A stretch of DNA of 64,000 nt from Malacoraja senta (GCA_038087875.1 CM075992.1:7752001-7816000); one strand, 5' to 3'; counted from the stretch's first letter, positions 51,281 to 64,000 are shown. Numbers and translations: made by a program. Notes: generated by a model not told the origin, from the letters alone.

Positions 51281-51416
51281 TGGCTTAAGAAGGAACTGCA
51301 GATGCTGGAAAAATCGAAGGTAGATAAAAATGCTGGAGAAACTCAGCGGGTGAGACAGCATCTATGGAGCGAAGGAATAGGTGACGTTTCGGGTCGAGCC
51401 CATTCTTTAGACAGGG
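51281..51416 (-). mobile_element. Penelope-derived pLTR mini-element
   Basis: pLTR consensus; TSD TCTCACTAAA (51271-51280 / 51417-51426). Confidence 0.8.
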
Positions 51417-51834
51417 TCTCACTAAACTGCTGATCAGCATGTTAATCTCCAGACACCCACGTTGACTATTTCCATCAAGAAAGAATATAACTTCTTCCTT
51501 ATAGGATTTAGGAGAACTTCCATTGTAAAAAAAACATAATATCACTGACCTGAAACCCACTAGATTAATCATATGAATATTGAAACAGATCAGAAGTGAT
51601 ACTTCTACAGCTTGGGACACAACTTCTCAATTCTTTCCACCATCTACTGGCATGACGGGTGTGTGATGGAATATACTCAACTTGCCTGCATGCCTGCAAC
51701 CTTAAACGATGAAAGCATTCCTACACAAAGCATTCTGCAGGGAGAAACTCATCCACTACCTTAAGTAACCTCTTTCCCCCAAGAGCATGCCGTGGTGTTA
51801 GTTTATCACATTAAACGCAATAAATTACCACCTT

Positions 51835-52277
51835 TTTAGTTTAGTTTAGAAAGACCCTTCGGCCCACCGAATCCGCACCGGCCAGCGATCCGCACACATT
51901 AACGCTACCTTACACACATTAGGGACAATTTACACTTATAACAAGCCAATTAACCTACAAACCTGAACGTCTTTGGAATGTGGGAGGAAACCGAAGATCT
52001 CCCTAGGGCTAGCGGAATCACGGGGTATGGGGAGAAGACAGGCACGGGTTACTGATTGTGAATGATCAGCCATGATCACAATGAATGGTGGTGCTGGCTC
52101 GAAGGGCCAAATGGCCTCTTCCTGCACCTATTTTCTATGTTTCTATCTCGGAGAAAACCCACGCAGGTCATGGGGAGAATGTACAAACTCCGTACAGACG
52201 GCACCCGTAGTCGGGATTGAACCTGGGTCTCCAGCGCCGCAAGCGCTGTAAGGCAGCAACTCGACCGCTGCGCCACC
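51835..52277 (-). mobile_element. V-SINE interrupted by a plus-strand CR1 3' end (~52005-52146)
   Basis: Minus-strand A/B boxes and V-core; insert ends with TTTTCTATGTTTCT. Confidence 0.85.
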
Positions 52278-54015
52278 GGGCCGCTACCCTTATGACAGCA
52301 TCTTCCAAAATTTGAATCTAAATCACCAAAAAGAAGAAGGGCAGCTCTGAACACCTTCAAATGTTTTAAACCATCATGAATTAGAGACATACAAAACGCT
52401 GGAGTACAAAAAAGCAGGTCAGACAGCATCTCTGGAGAAAAGGAATAGGTGATGTTTTGGGTCAAGACACTTCTTCAGACTGAGAATCAGGGGAAAGGGA
52501 AACAAGAGATATAGCCAGTGATATTGAGAGATATAGAACAAATGAATGAAAGATATGCGGTTTAAACCCAGCAGCCGTAGTTCCTTCCTACACATGATTT
52601 AGAGATGGATATAGTGCTGCTCCTTAACTTTTGGTGAAACAAAATCCTGGAACTTTCTATACAAGTGTGGAAATACCTTCAAAAGTTAAATTTCAGTAGT
52701 TCAGGAGGTAGATCACCATCTCAGGTGGGGCAATGACAGACAGGTAAATATTGCAGACCTTGTTGGTGATGCCAACATCCAACAAAAGACTAAAAAGAAT
52801 ATGCCTCGCTTTTCATTTTTAATTTCTACCGATCCCTTAACGATCCTAATAGGACCCTGGTTCCAGTCTGTTCAATGAAACCAAGCAATAACAATGTGAC
52901 CCATTGGTTGGTTTCATTGATAGTATTTGCATAGATTATCATATGATGAGCGTTTGACGGCAATGGGCCTGTATTCACTGGAGTTTAGAAGAACGAGGGG
53001 GGGGGCCTCATTAAAACGTACAAAATATTGAATGGCGGAGTAGACTTGATGGGCGAATGGCCTAATTCTACTCCTATCACTTATGATCTTATGTTCTTAT
53101 GAGTATTGAAGGTTCACTCTTCAGGTAGTCTCCATCTCTTTCAAATATGACACTATCGATTTTGTTTTAGCAAAACCCAAATTCTCTGCCCTTATAACCT
53201 GTTATCCTGACTCCTTTAATAAAGTAGTGTCACAATACCAATCCGGCTTTTAGCAAAGACACAGATACCATTCTACGGAATTGTGACAAGGATTCCTCCC
53301 TGTCCTTTTGATATTTTCCTCTCAGGATACACATCATGACAGAGTTACATTGGTATTGGTTGGATTCATTCTCATTCATCAAGCAGTAGTCACCTGCAGC
53401 GGCTTCTCTTACTCTTCCCTCACCATTACCCAAAACACTAAAGGATTGATCCTAGTTTCCTCACACCTCTCACTGAATACTGCCTTCAGTAACATCGTCT
53501 GACAACAAAGCTTTTTTTTTCTCTCCACATATACAGGTAACTTCAGCCAGTTTCCCCTTACCCCTACCTCTCTACCATTTTCATATTACCACATTTTTTC
53601 TCCTAAGCAGACATTTCCTTCATGTACATTTCTTTGTTTTCTCCTTATTTTTATTATCATCGCCAACCTCATTATCAATGACAACTTATTTATGTACCAT
53701 CTTTTGGATGTTAAAATGTCTTATACCACTTCATATGGCCTTAAGACACAGGATCAGGATTAGTCCATTCGGTCCATCATGTCTATGCTGCCATAATTAG
53801 GACTGAGACCATAATTTATTAAAAAAAAAGGACACAATGTCTCATTAGCCAATCTGGTTTTGTGATGACATCAAAAACCAAGACAAACAATATTAGCAAT
53901 GCAGGCTGAAGGAACACTGAGGACAGGAACGGTGCTAGTTCTATTGACATCATGCCAGTATTTGAAAGGAACTGAACCATACTGGATCCGGGGTCCTATC
54001 AGAAAGGATCGTTAA

Positions 54016-54369
54016 AGGGCCTGTCCCACTGTACGAGGTAATTCAAGAGTTCTCCCGAGTTTTCCCCTGATTCGAACTCGGAGAATGTCCGTAGCGGTTC
54101 GTAGGAGTTCGTGGATGTTTCGTAGCGGCTTGTACGAGTAAAAAGTAACAATTTTTTTCATCACGAGCATTTTTTTACTCGTCGACACTTTTCAGTGTTG
54201 AAAAAACGTCACGAGTTTACCGCGTTTCCCGAGTACCTACTGTTACTCGTACGAGCCGCTACGAGACATCCATAAGCTCCTACGGACCCACTACGGACAT
54301 TCTCCGAGTTCGAATCAGGGGAAAACTCGGGAGAACTCTTGAATTACCTCGTACAGTGGGACAGGCCCT
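54016..54369. mobile_element. PIF/Harbinger-type fold-back MITE with ~125-bp TIRs
   Basis: TAA|AGGGCCTGTCCCACTGTACGAGGTAATTCAAGAGTTCTCCCGAG... and its reverse complement|TAA. Confidence 0.92.
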
Positions 54370-54949
54370 TAAGGAATCGGAAGGAATTTAAAATGATGAG
54401 GCACAGAAGGGGATTATTTTATTATTATTTCCAAAATCAAGTGAAAGTGCAGTAATAATCAGAAATGTAGTATTAAGCACTACAAGCAAAAAGAGAACTA
54501 AACCCTGTTAAGAGAAATAAGAATATTGAAAGTCGTATACAATAGTGGAAAGACAGGACAGAATGAGTGGCACAAATGAGCCTGTTTTTATTCAAGCATA
54601 GAAGGTGCAGGTTGAATGAAGTGCAGTTGCAAATTCAACTTGGATAAGCCATGATAGTCGTTAAAGAAATATGCCTGCAAGAGACAGTAACAATAAACCT
54701 GGTTATAACATTCGCAGGAGAAACTGGAATAATAGTAGTGTGGGGGAGCTTGATTCAGTTGGAATTACTTGAAAGATGACAGAGGACAAAAAAAAGGGGA
54801 GCGCTGGACTGGAGGCATTATGGTCAGATAAAGAAATAGGCAAGAAATGTTAATAGAGTTGTACATAGACACATTAGAGCACATTAAGTGTCTAAATGTA
54901 TAATTAGAAATTAAAAAAACAAGGTGGGTTAAACGGGAGATGTATTTAT

Positions 54950-55400
54950 AGGATGTGGATGTCTCTGGCAAGGACAGAATTTATGGCCCATCCCTAATTA
55001 TTCTAAAGCCCATTGCTCTGCCATTTTAGAGGGGAATTACAAGACAACCACATGTGTTTGGAGACGCACCAAGCCCAAAAGGAAAACAGAAAATGTTGGA
55101 AAAACTCTGGCAGCATCCGTGAAAAGGGAAACAGCTAATATTTCAGGTCTGAGATCATACATTAGCCCAGATTGAGTAAGGTCGGCAGATGTCTTTCCTT
55201 TAAGGACATTAAAGAATCAGTTGGGTTTTTACGATAATCCAGTAGTTTCATGGGCACTATTACTGACTCTAGCTTTTTAATTCCAGAATTTATTTAATTA
55301 ACCAAATTTAACTTCTGCAGCTGCTGAGGGATTTAAACTAATGTCTCCAAATCATCAGCGGTGGCCTTTTAGATCATTACTCTTGCATTAACAACCACTA
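54950..55400 (-). mobile_element. Old SINE (related remnants at ~30385-30560 and ~49140-49300)
   Basis: Shared motif TAAGG..GGCAGAT..CTT(T/C)CCT..AAGGACAT..GAATCAG..GTAGTTTCA; 3' end resembles the old LINE 3' ends at ~39325 and ~52730. Confidence 0.55.
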
Positions 55401-55724
55401 TGGTACTTAAGAAATAAGCAGACAAAATAGATAGTTTAATAGATAAGCAGACAAGCTCATGTTTGAAAAGACAGTACATTTCTGGAGTGTGTTCAGGATA
55501 ATGTTCCACAACAATGTGTCCAAGCACTAATATGGAAAGATAAAACTTTAGATATATTAACAAATAATCAGCAAGATTTAATAAACAGCAAAACAATGAA
55601 TGAACATTTATCTGTTAACGAGGTGTCTAAGAATGAGTCTTAAAAACTATTGTGATAAGACCAGAAGATAACACCAAGGGCAAGAGGCATATATGCAACA
55701 AAAAAAAGGACAGGTGAAGAAAAC

Positions 55725-56216
55725 AAGTCAAGTCAAGAGAGTTTATTGTCATGTGTCCCAGATAGGACAATGAAATTCTTGCTTTGCTGCAGCACAACAG
55801 GATTATGTAGGCATAAATACAGAACAGATCAGTGTGTTTATATACCATAGAATATATATATACACACATCAATAAACAGATAAAGTGAAATAGGCTGTTA
55901 TAGTTCAGTGTTTGTTTAAAGTTGTGTTTAATAGTCTGATGGCTGTGGGGAAGTAGCTATTCCTGAACCTGGATGTTGCAGATTTCTTGCACCTGTACCT
56001 TCTTCCCGATGGCAGTGGAGAGATGAGTGTGTGGCCAGGATGGTGTGGGTCCTTGATGATGCTAGCAGCCTTTTTGAGGCAGTGACTGCGATAGATCCCC
56101 TCGATGGTAGGGAGGTCAGAGCTAATGATGGACTGGGCAGTGGTTACAACCTTTTGCAGCCTTTTCTGCTCCTGGATGCTCAGGTTGCCGTACCAAGCCA
56201 CGATGCAACCGGTCAG
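55725..56216 (-). mobile_element. Rex1/Babar-type LINE, 5'-truncated
   Basis: AWYGNLSIQEQKRLQKVV..IIKDPHHPGHTLISPLPSGRRYR; (CTTGA)n tail. Confidence 0.9.
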
Positions 56217-56440
56217 ATGCTGATTTAAACCGAAGATAGACCCAAAATGCTGGAGTAACTCAGCGGGACAGGCAGCATCTCTGGAGAGAAGGAATGGGTG
56301 ACAATTTGGGTCGAGACCCTTCTTCAGACTGAGTCAGGGGAGAGGGAGATACAGAGATAAGGAAGTGTACAGTGTGAAAACAAGACGAGGGAGAGGGAGA
56401 GTTATTTGAAGTTAGAGAAGTCAATATTCATACCGCTGAG
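56217..56440 (-). mobile_element. Penelope-like 3' end and pLTR
   Basis: pLTR consensus plus GAGAAGTCAATATTCATACC ORF end as at ~19693. Confidence 0.8.
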
Positions 56441-57059
56441 GTGAACATTCAATCAGAATGGAAATTACCAAAAGAAATAGTAAGTAAAATAAAAAAGCAA
56501 TCAGGTAGTGATTGCTCAGGTGATTCCCCTCGCTAACAACCATACCATCTTGGATACTATTAGAGGGATGCCCCCCCTCCCCCCCCCTACCTACCACAGA
56601 GAGAACCCAGCTGATTGTACCACAGTGGATGCTGCTGTATAGATGTGTGAGGGGAGGAGGGGGGGGGGGACACAACACTCGGAGCGTGATAATGTTATGG
56701 GAGCATAAGTTGCAGCATAACACCAATCATTGACACAAACTCTTGTACAACAACATTGCGACTTTGACTTATCCAATCTCCCATTATAATTGCAGGTGCT
56801 GGTTTCTGCGTTCACAACTCTGCAAGTTTTCGTAGTCTTGGGCAGAGCAGTTGCCGTATCAAAATATGATGCATCCGAATGCTTTCTGTGGAGCATCTGT
56901 ACTTGATAAGAGTCATTAGAGACATGCTGAATTTCATTAGCCTTCCATGTTTTTGCAACTTGCTTACGTGTCTTCTCCTCTAATTCCTGATGACTATTGG
57001 AATTTATACTACAGAAAGATGTTCCCACACCTTACTATAGTAGTTACCACACCTCCCCC

Positions 57060-57360
57060 CTAGAGTGATCATCCCTCTCATATTCCAAACTTCTATCCAT
57101 ATGGTCTCATTGGCTGATTCTTCCAAGATATCCTCTCCAAATAATCCCATTATGCTTTTCCTAACTGATTGTGCAAAGCCCCCCTCCCCCTTTTTGCATT
57201 ACCTTGTATCATGCCTGAAACTTCTATACCCAGTCCGGGCCTTGCCTCAACCACACTTGTAATTGCAGTAAAATCACAAATCCAAGTGCTATTCCATGCT
57301 TTAAACTCATTTGGCTTACCTGTGAGGCTCCTTGCATTAAAGTAAATGCAATTTAGCCTG
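57060..57360 (-). mobile_element. CR1 ORF2 N-terminal (APE endonuclease) fragment
   Basis: LNCIYFNARSLTGKPNEFKAW. Confidence 0.7.
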
Positions 57361-58905
57361 ACAGTTATCCCATGCTCCCTAACCTGCCTAAGTACGCTCT
57401 GCCTTCTGGACTTACTTGATATATGCACTACACTTTTCACCCCGCCTGCTGCACTGCCACTATGCTGCCTACATTTTGCCAGTACTTGACATCCTTGCTG
57501 ACTCCACAGCCCCGACCTTACATACCCATACCCTCCACCAACAGTGTACTGTGACTACAGTTTGAATCAATTACTAAACGCACTGCAGCAACTCGTCAAG
57601 GTTTCTTCAATAATGCCTCCTTAGTCTGTGCCATCGACATCAGGACAGTGGAGAAAACTATCACTGCACGTTATTCTCCAAGTCAAGCAATGTTCTGAAT
57701 TGGATACATATCCTTTTCTCTTCATCATCACCGGATCCAAATATTGATTCTTGACATCCAAAACTACCTTACCACCTCAGTCATGAAGGCAATTAATAAA
57801 ATTTTCTCTGACGTTGGACTATAGCTGGCAGTCACACTCAGAGTGCCTCAGTAGAAACAACTCATCAGATCCCGTTTTATAATATCTTTGAACTGACCAG
57901 AAAGCTTTGCTTTATGTGAAGACACAAGTGACTGCATATGCTGCAATCTGAAGCAACAAACAATCTGCTGAAAGAACTCAGCGGGTGGGTCAAAGGCAAC
58001 CTGCTAAGTCCCTTCAGCAAATTGTTGCTACTTTATAAAAGATAGAAAAGTTGTTTGATAGGTATGGTGAAAATTACTGAACCAGGAATTTTCTTGCAAA
58101 ATTCCAGCAGATTCCCTTATTCCATAAAGATAGAATAGAATGGGCCTACACCATCTACATTTTAGAATAAATGGTGATCTCACTGAATGTGGCTTCACAA
58201 AGTCAGCATGTTTAGGATCTAAAACTTGGAGAACGATTCAGGACATGCTATTGACTGTTTAGGACTAACACGAGGAGGAATTTCTTTCCTCAGGAGGATT
58301 GCAAATCTCTACACAAGAGCTGTGGATGCAAAATCAATGTATGTTCATAACTGAGATCGCTTTTCGGACTGTGGAGCAATGAAGAATTATAGGGATTGGT
58401 CAGGAAGAGGGAGTTAAGGCCAAAGATTGAATTGTGGAGACACGGGGGCCATTGTGCCCACTCCTACCTTTAATTATTATGATTTTACATTCAAATGGAA
58501 AGACAGCCAGACTGTTCTGAGAAAGCAAGCTGTGGGATTCCTGCTCAACATTAGAGTACGCCGCTGCAGAATGATAGTACAAGGAATTTCATGTGATCTC
58601 CACATGACAAATCCACAGGCCATCAATGCCCAAAATGTAGAAGAATGCAAAACAAATATTTCTGTGTCAACAAATTTAATTTTATGGGGCAAGAGAAGTG
58701 TAAATATGAGGCCCAAATATTATCCCACAACAATGAAAAAACTTTTTCTGAAAAAGAAAACTTAGGAAATGTGTGAGGAGATAAGTTATGCCTCAGCTAC
58801 CAGTTTAAACGTATAGTGTGATATTGCTGTTTACATAAATACTACACAAATTACGAATCTGTTGCATTATTAGGCATTTGAGATTTCAAACAAAATAAAT
58901 CTGTT

Positions 58906-59142
58906 TTTAGTTTAGTGTAGATACAGAGCGGAAACAGCCCCTTCGGCCCACCGAGTCAATGCCAACCAGTGATCACCCCACACACTGGCACTATCCTACA
59001 CACTAGATTATTTGTTTTAATTTTTTTTTTTCCAAAGCCAATTAACTTACAAACCTGCAAATATTTGGAGTGTGGGAGGAAACCGGAGCTTCCAGAAAAA
59101 ACACACGCGGTCAAGGGGAGAACTTACAAGTTCTGTACAGAC
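58906..59142 (-). mobile_element. V-SINE 3' portion
   Basis: TTTGGAGTGTGGGAGGAAACCGGAG..GGGAGAAC..TGTACAGAC; lacks the tRNA head. Confidence 0.8.
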
Positions 59143-59324
59143 TATATCACTTTGTGTTTATTTATCTATTTTTTATAAATTAACTTTATTTATTAGGTAC
59201 AAGGTTTAGGTTTATTTATCACGTGTATAATTTAATAGTATTACAAAATACCATACAAGAGTCACAGAAGGGCTTTCAGCATCTTTCACAGAAATATACC
59301 AGAATGCTGATTGGATTAGAAGGC

Positions 59325-59677
59325 TTCAGCTACAGGGTAGACTTAGATTGTTTTCTTTGGAATGTCAGAGGTTGAGGGAAGTATATACAATTATAAGAGG
59401 CAAAGATATGGTAGACAGTCAGAACTTTTTTTCCCAGGGTGGATATGGCCAACACTAGAGGGCATAGCTGTACAGTGAGAGGGGGAGAGTTTAATGAAGA
59501 TGTTTTTTTACACAGCGTGTGGTGGGGGGCCTGGAACGCATTGTTAGGGGTGGTGGTGGAGGCAGATACGGTAGTGGCATTTAAGAAGCTTTGAGAATTG
59601 CACATGGAAATGCAGGGAATGGAGGGATATGGGTCACGTGTGGGCAGATGAGATCAGTTCACCCAGGCATTATTGTG
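59325..59677 (+). mobile_element. CR1 3' part
   Basis: TTCAGCTACAGGG..GAGGTTGAGGG..TTTTTTACACAGCGTGTGGTGGGGGCCTGGAACGC. Confidence 0.8.
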
Positions 59678-60162
59678 GGTAGACAAAAATGCTGGAGAAA
59701 CTCAGCGGGTGCGGCAGCATCTATGGAGCGAAGGAAATAGGCAACGCTTCGGGCCGAAACCCTTCTTCAGACTGATGCCGGGTGGGAGGGGCGGGAAGAA
59801 GAAAGGAAGAGGAGGAGCCAGAGGGCTGAGGGAGCGCTGAGAAGGGGAGGAGACAGCAAGGGCTACCGGAAATTGGAGAAGTCAATGTTCAGGCCACTGG
59901 GATGCAGACTGCCCAAGCGCAATATGAGGTGCTGCTCATCCAATTTCCGGTAGTGCTCACTCTGGCAATGGAGGAGGCCCAGGACAGAAAGGTGCGGAAT
60001 GGGAGGGGGAATTGAAGTTCGGAATGGGAGGGGGAGTTGACGTTCAGAATGGGAGGGGGAGTTGAAGTTCGGAATGGGAGGGGGAGTTGAAGTTCGGAAT
60101 GGGAGGGGGAGTTGAAGTTCGGAATGGGAGGGGGAGTTGAAGTTCGGAATGGGAGGGGGAGT
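59678..60162 (-). mobile_element. Penelope-like 3' end with pLTR
   Basis: Homologous to 19475-19830; hammerhead core has GAAA changed to GAAG. Confidence 0.85.
59995..60162 (+). repeat. 25-bp minisatellite, ~6.7 copies
   Basis: Unit CGGAATGGGAGGGGGAGTTGAAGTT starting at 59995, 60020, 60045, 60070, 60095, 60120 and 60145. Confidence 0.95.
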
Positions 60163-61067
60163 ATTCGTATTGTGGACTGAGGGGACTGATGGGAGACATT
60201 ATTGTGGACTGAGGGGCCTGTTCCAGTGGTGTCGTGTTTTACAATCTATGAAATATATTTCCTATTGCACCAAATGAAACTGTTGGAAATAATTATCTGA
60301 TCAATAAAAATCACTAAATATTTGTTTGCCAAATCATAGAAAGACCATGTCAATTTACAAATACCCCATGTTGATATTCAAAGAATCTCTACTTTGTACT
60401 ACATGTTTGTGGTTTATGGAGTTAATTAGTAATTTCAAAAGTATGAGATTTGTTTTGACTTCAAACTAGATAAGCACTTGAATTTCCAAATCATAGGAGG
60501 TTGTGGACTGGAAAATGCTATCAGTCTAAATGGCCAGTTGACCAACATGGGCATGACGTTCCAAAGGTTCTGTTTCCGTGCAGTGCAACCCTGCGACTCA
60601 GTAAATCTTTGACAAACCAGAATTTCAAATGGCCATGGACATTTTGTAAACTTCTAACACTAATGCAAACTTCAGTGAAGATGTTTTTAACACTGGTCAA
60701 TACTTCTACCACATATCCAGTTCCTGGGTTTCTGATCAATTGTAATTCTCCCATTCTGTCAAGCAGAGTCATTTCCTGATTGTTATCTGTATTGGACATG
60801 ATACTGCACTTATTGCTTCAGCGGCCTTTTTTAATTGGCAGGCAGATAATTGAATTACTGGAAGATAAGAATTTCACCAGCTGGAGAAAAAACAGAGAAA
60901 GAAAGCCCAGGATCACACGCATGTGAAAACATTTGGGTCATAGAATTTCTGCCAGGTGTTTTACTGCTGACTTTTTACAGGACCTGTTTATTGCTAACAT
61001 TATTTTTCTTCCTTTATTTCTGCACTATGCACCATTCCAGGAACACACACACACAGACACACACACC

Positions 61068-61456
61068 TCTCTCTTCTTAGGCCCCCTTCGGTCATAGCTG
61101 ACCATGGGTGTCTCCAGGGTGCTATTCCCTACATGGAGATGCTTGTGTGTGACTTTGTTTAACGTGGGGAGAATGGTGCACAGACAGCCACCCCACAGTC
61201 CTTGACAGATCTGGGTCAGGATCCAGTCCAAGACGGCCGGAGACTCTTTTCTGCTGTAGCCTTCATCCGCCTTCCCAGCCGTTGTAATGCTCCACTAAGG
61301 TCAGCCATCGTCCTCCGCCTGTTCCACCGTTGAGGTCTTGGTTGGATTGCTCTTTGTCAGAGACCTCCCCCTCGACCGTACCGCCATGCCTCCAGACGGC
61401 ATCGCTCTCATGATCTCAGGTCCACACAAGCTTCTCCACCACAACAAGGTGACAAT
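61068..61456 (-). mobile_element. RTE (Expander/Rex3-like) bipartite non-autonomous element
   Basis: Minus strand starts TTGTCACCTTGTTGTGGTGGAGAAGCTTGTGTG (RTE 5' UTR-like); ends CCCATGGTCAGCTATGACCGAAGGGGGCCTAAGAAG. Confidence 0.7.
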
Positions 61457-63462
61457 CTATGTTATATACATGGAGAATAATTAAAATATTAAATGTACTG
61501 TAGGCAATGTATATTTGTGATATGAATGTTATGTTATTATGTAAAAGATTTTGGTTTTCTCAAGGAGAAATAGTAAATGGAAATATTGTAACAAATCCTG
61601 ATTTCTTTTCCCTAGTATGAATCTGCTTTAGATTTAACACAAGAGTGCTGTAAATAAAATAATACAATGACTTTAAATACATGACAGTATATTAATCCAT
61701 TATTTCAAAACCAACTACTCGAATTACTATTATTCCCAACTTAATCCAAATAAATATTTATGCTACACCTTTGTTGTGAATTTGGGGTCACAGAAGGGTG
61801 CTCCTTTAACTCAAGTTTGCTGTTGACTGATCACAGTGTGACAATGGTAGCAATTATGGACAGTGCCTGACACACATTGCACTTCCTTTAGGGGTAATGC
61901 AGCAACAGTCTTACAATACACCCCTTTTTGGAGGAGTAGGACACATAAATGAAAAGCTGAATCAAAATTCTAGCTGCAAGCTATTGTCAGTACAGGAGAT
62001 GAACAGCAATGGCTTTGTTTTGCTCTTCAAACATCTTCTGCCTTCTTTCAGAGCTTCATGCACATTATTGTGCATACAGAATGTGGTTGTGGTCTCCATT
62101 ACAATTCTGCCTGCCTTTTCACGTGCAATTCTTCACACTGTCAATCTACGCTCTCTGCCAAATACCTGAATTAGCATTTTAATTGATGTTGCTCTCCAGT
62201 GAATCTCCCAAAATGCGAATCTGAAACTGAATATGAAACTTATAATCGATGCCTTTATCAATCCGCTGCAGCAGTCTTCAAAGAGGAAGCATTTAAATGG
62301 AAATAAGGTAAAATATGCGTAATGTTTATTCCAATCCACAGCAAAAATGTATGATGGATCAGGTTTTCAAATTCTATCCATAGATCAGAAATAGTCCATC
62401 TACACCACCCTGATAAATTACACTAGCACCTCAATTGTTTCTATACATGCAATATCAACCATATACAAGGCTTTACTGTAAAACTATAAGAAATAAAATT
62501 AACTCCATTTTGAACACTTACTAATGACTCTTAATGAATACGCAATATTAATATCAGTAAGATTCATTGACCCAGTTAACTAAATATTTCTAAAATTATA
62601 TTCTAATTTAAGCAGTAGCTCACTGGTCACTGAAAAACATCAAATGTGTCATTTTTGTGAAATATTCTATTTATTCTTTAATAATGAGAAGCTACAGACA
62701 GAAAGGCACATGGCACCAGAAAACATTCAATGCATATAAAGGATGAAGACAAAGTACATGCTATTGTTTTTTTCGTGCAATGAGCAAGTTTAATCAAGTT
62801 GCAGAACTACAATAATTGACCAGGTATTGTCATATAAATCTTGCAAAATCCCATTCTAAAAAACATTTTTGCCATGAAGCAATATTTCAGATTTCTGAGA
62901 AGATGCGAGATGTTCAAATGTGAGTGTGATACCGAGTGACAATGACTCAGTTTGTGACTTGATAGCGATTTGGGTTGGGGGAGGGGGAGAAACTATCACA
63001 GGAATATTTTTCACATACCTTAACAAATTGGTGATTTATATTAATATTAATTTATATTTAAGCTGAATATATTTTAAAATATTTTGCATTTTCAATGAAT
63101 TATGACCATAGATGCACACTTTAAAAACAATTTTATTTATGCACACTATTGGTATATTGGGATGGATCTTGCTTGCTGATTGGCAGATACATGCTTAGCC
63201 ATTTAAGTCAGCCTCAGATATCCACGTTTGTTGGGTTAAACACTAAAGTCAGAGACTTACAGATGCCATCTGTCACCACTCTTTGTTACTGGAGTTCACC
63301 AGAGCCTTCTCTTGTTGAGATTTCCCCAGCACTTGCCACTGTGATCCCACAAATAGCAAGGCTTTGAAAGCGGTATCCTGCTGAAATCCCCAAACTCCAC
63401 AGTTAAGAGCTGCCGTCACAAATCTGCAGTCCCATTGACTGTATCTGGGAAAATATGACATA

Positions 63463-63506
63463 AGCAAGTTCAAGAAACCCAATGAGCAAGTTCAAGAAAC
63501 CCAATG
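63463..63506 (+). repeat. Perfect 22-bp tandem duplication
   Basis: AGCAAGTTCAAGAAACCCAATG x2. Confidence 0.9.
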
Positions 63507-63807
63507 TGGTATGTACCACATACCATATTAGAATCCCTGCTGACTGCCACAATCATCATCATCATCAGGATATTGCTCAACCATCTTCTTCCAGTAGCCA
63601 AGCAGCTGGTTCTTGAATCCCAGTGCACACTCAGTCCAGAACTGCGCAAAAACGCAAAGAATGTGAATGTACCAGCCATTATACATGGCCTCACCAAAAC
63701 TTATGACTCCAGCAATTGAGAAGATCCCTCTTTAAATGCATCTAGTCAGGAAGACCTTTAACACCGTGAAGATAGATTGATTAGCAAACGGATATTATAT
63801 TTTGTTC

Positions 63808-64000
63808 AAAGGCCACAAGACGGCTGTGGAGGCCAAGTCAGTGGATATATTTAAGGCAGAGATCGATAGATTCTTGATTAGTATAGGTGTCAGAGGTTAT
63901 GGGGAGAAGGCAGGAGAATGGGGTTAGGAGGGAGAGATAGATCAGTCACGATTGAATGGCAGAGTAGATTTGATGGGCCGAATGGCCTAATTCTGCTCCC
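63808..64000 (+). mobile_element. CR1 3' end running off the window
   Basis: GGCTGTGGAGGCCAAGTCA..TTGAATGGCAGAGTAGATTTGATGGGCCGAATGGCCTAATTCTGCTCC. Confidence 0.85.

Noticed and set aside
59995..60162. Regularly spaced repeats, CRISPR-like at first glance
   Set aside because: Head-to-tail units with no unique spacers, derived from Penelope sequence, in eukaryotic DNA.

Overview
Eukaryotic, repeat-dense non-coding DNA (intronic or intergenic). The repeat content (V-SINE/HE1-like SINEs, CR1, Rex1/Babar, Penelope-like elements) suggests a cartilaginous fish such as a skate or ray; this is an inference. I could not support any host protein-coding exon, rRNA, tRNA or CRISPR array, and the ORFs with recognisable similarity are all retroelement fragments. 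The main result is three ~145-150 bp, TSD-flanked, promoter-less short retroposons from two unrelated families (12843-12986, 24634-24776 and 44928-45077). Each begins exactly at G1 of an HDV/CPEB3-like self-cleaving ribozyme fold, and one family shares its 3' tail with a Vingi-like LINE in the window (5786-6701). Penelope-like terminal repeats carry minimal hammerhead ribozyme cores and recur as TSD-flanked, often inverted, mini-elements. Also present are six PIF/Harbinger-type MITEs (one with an empty-site paralogue in the window), a TA-flanked TIR element, RTE-derived bipartite elements, nested insertions and local duplications. All folds and alignments were done by eye, and family names are from motif recognition rather than database searches.
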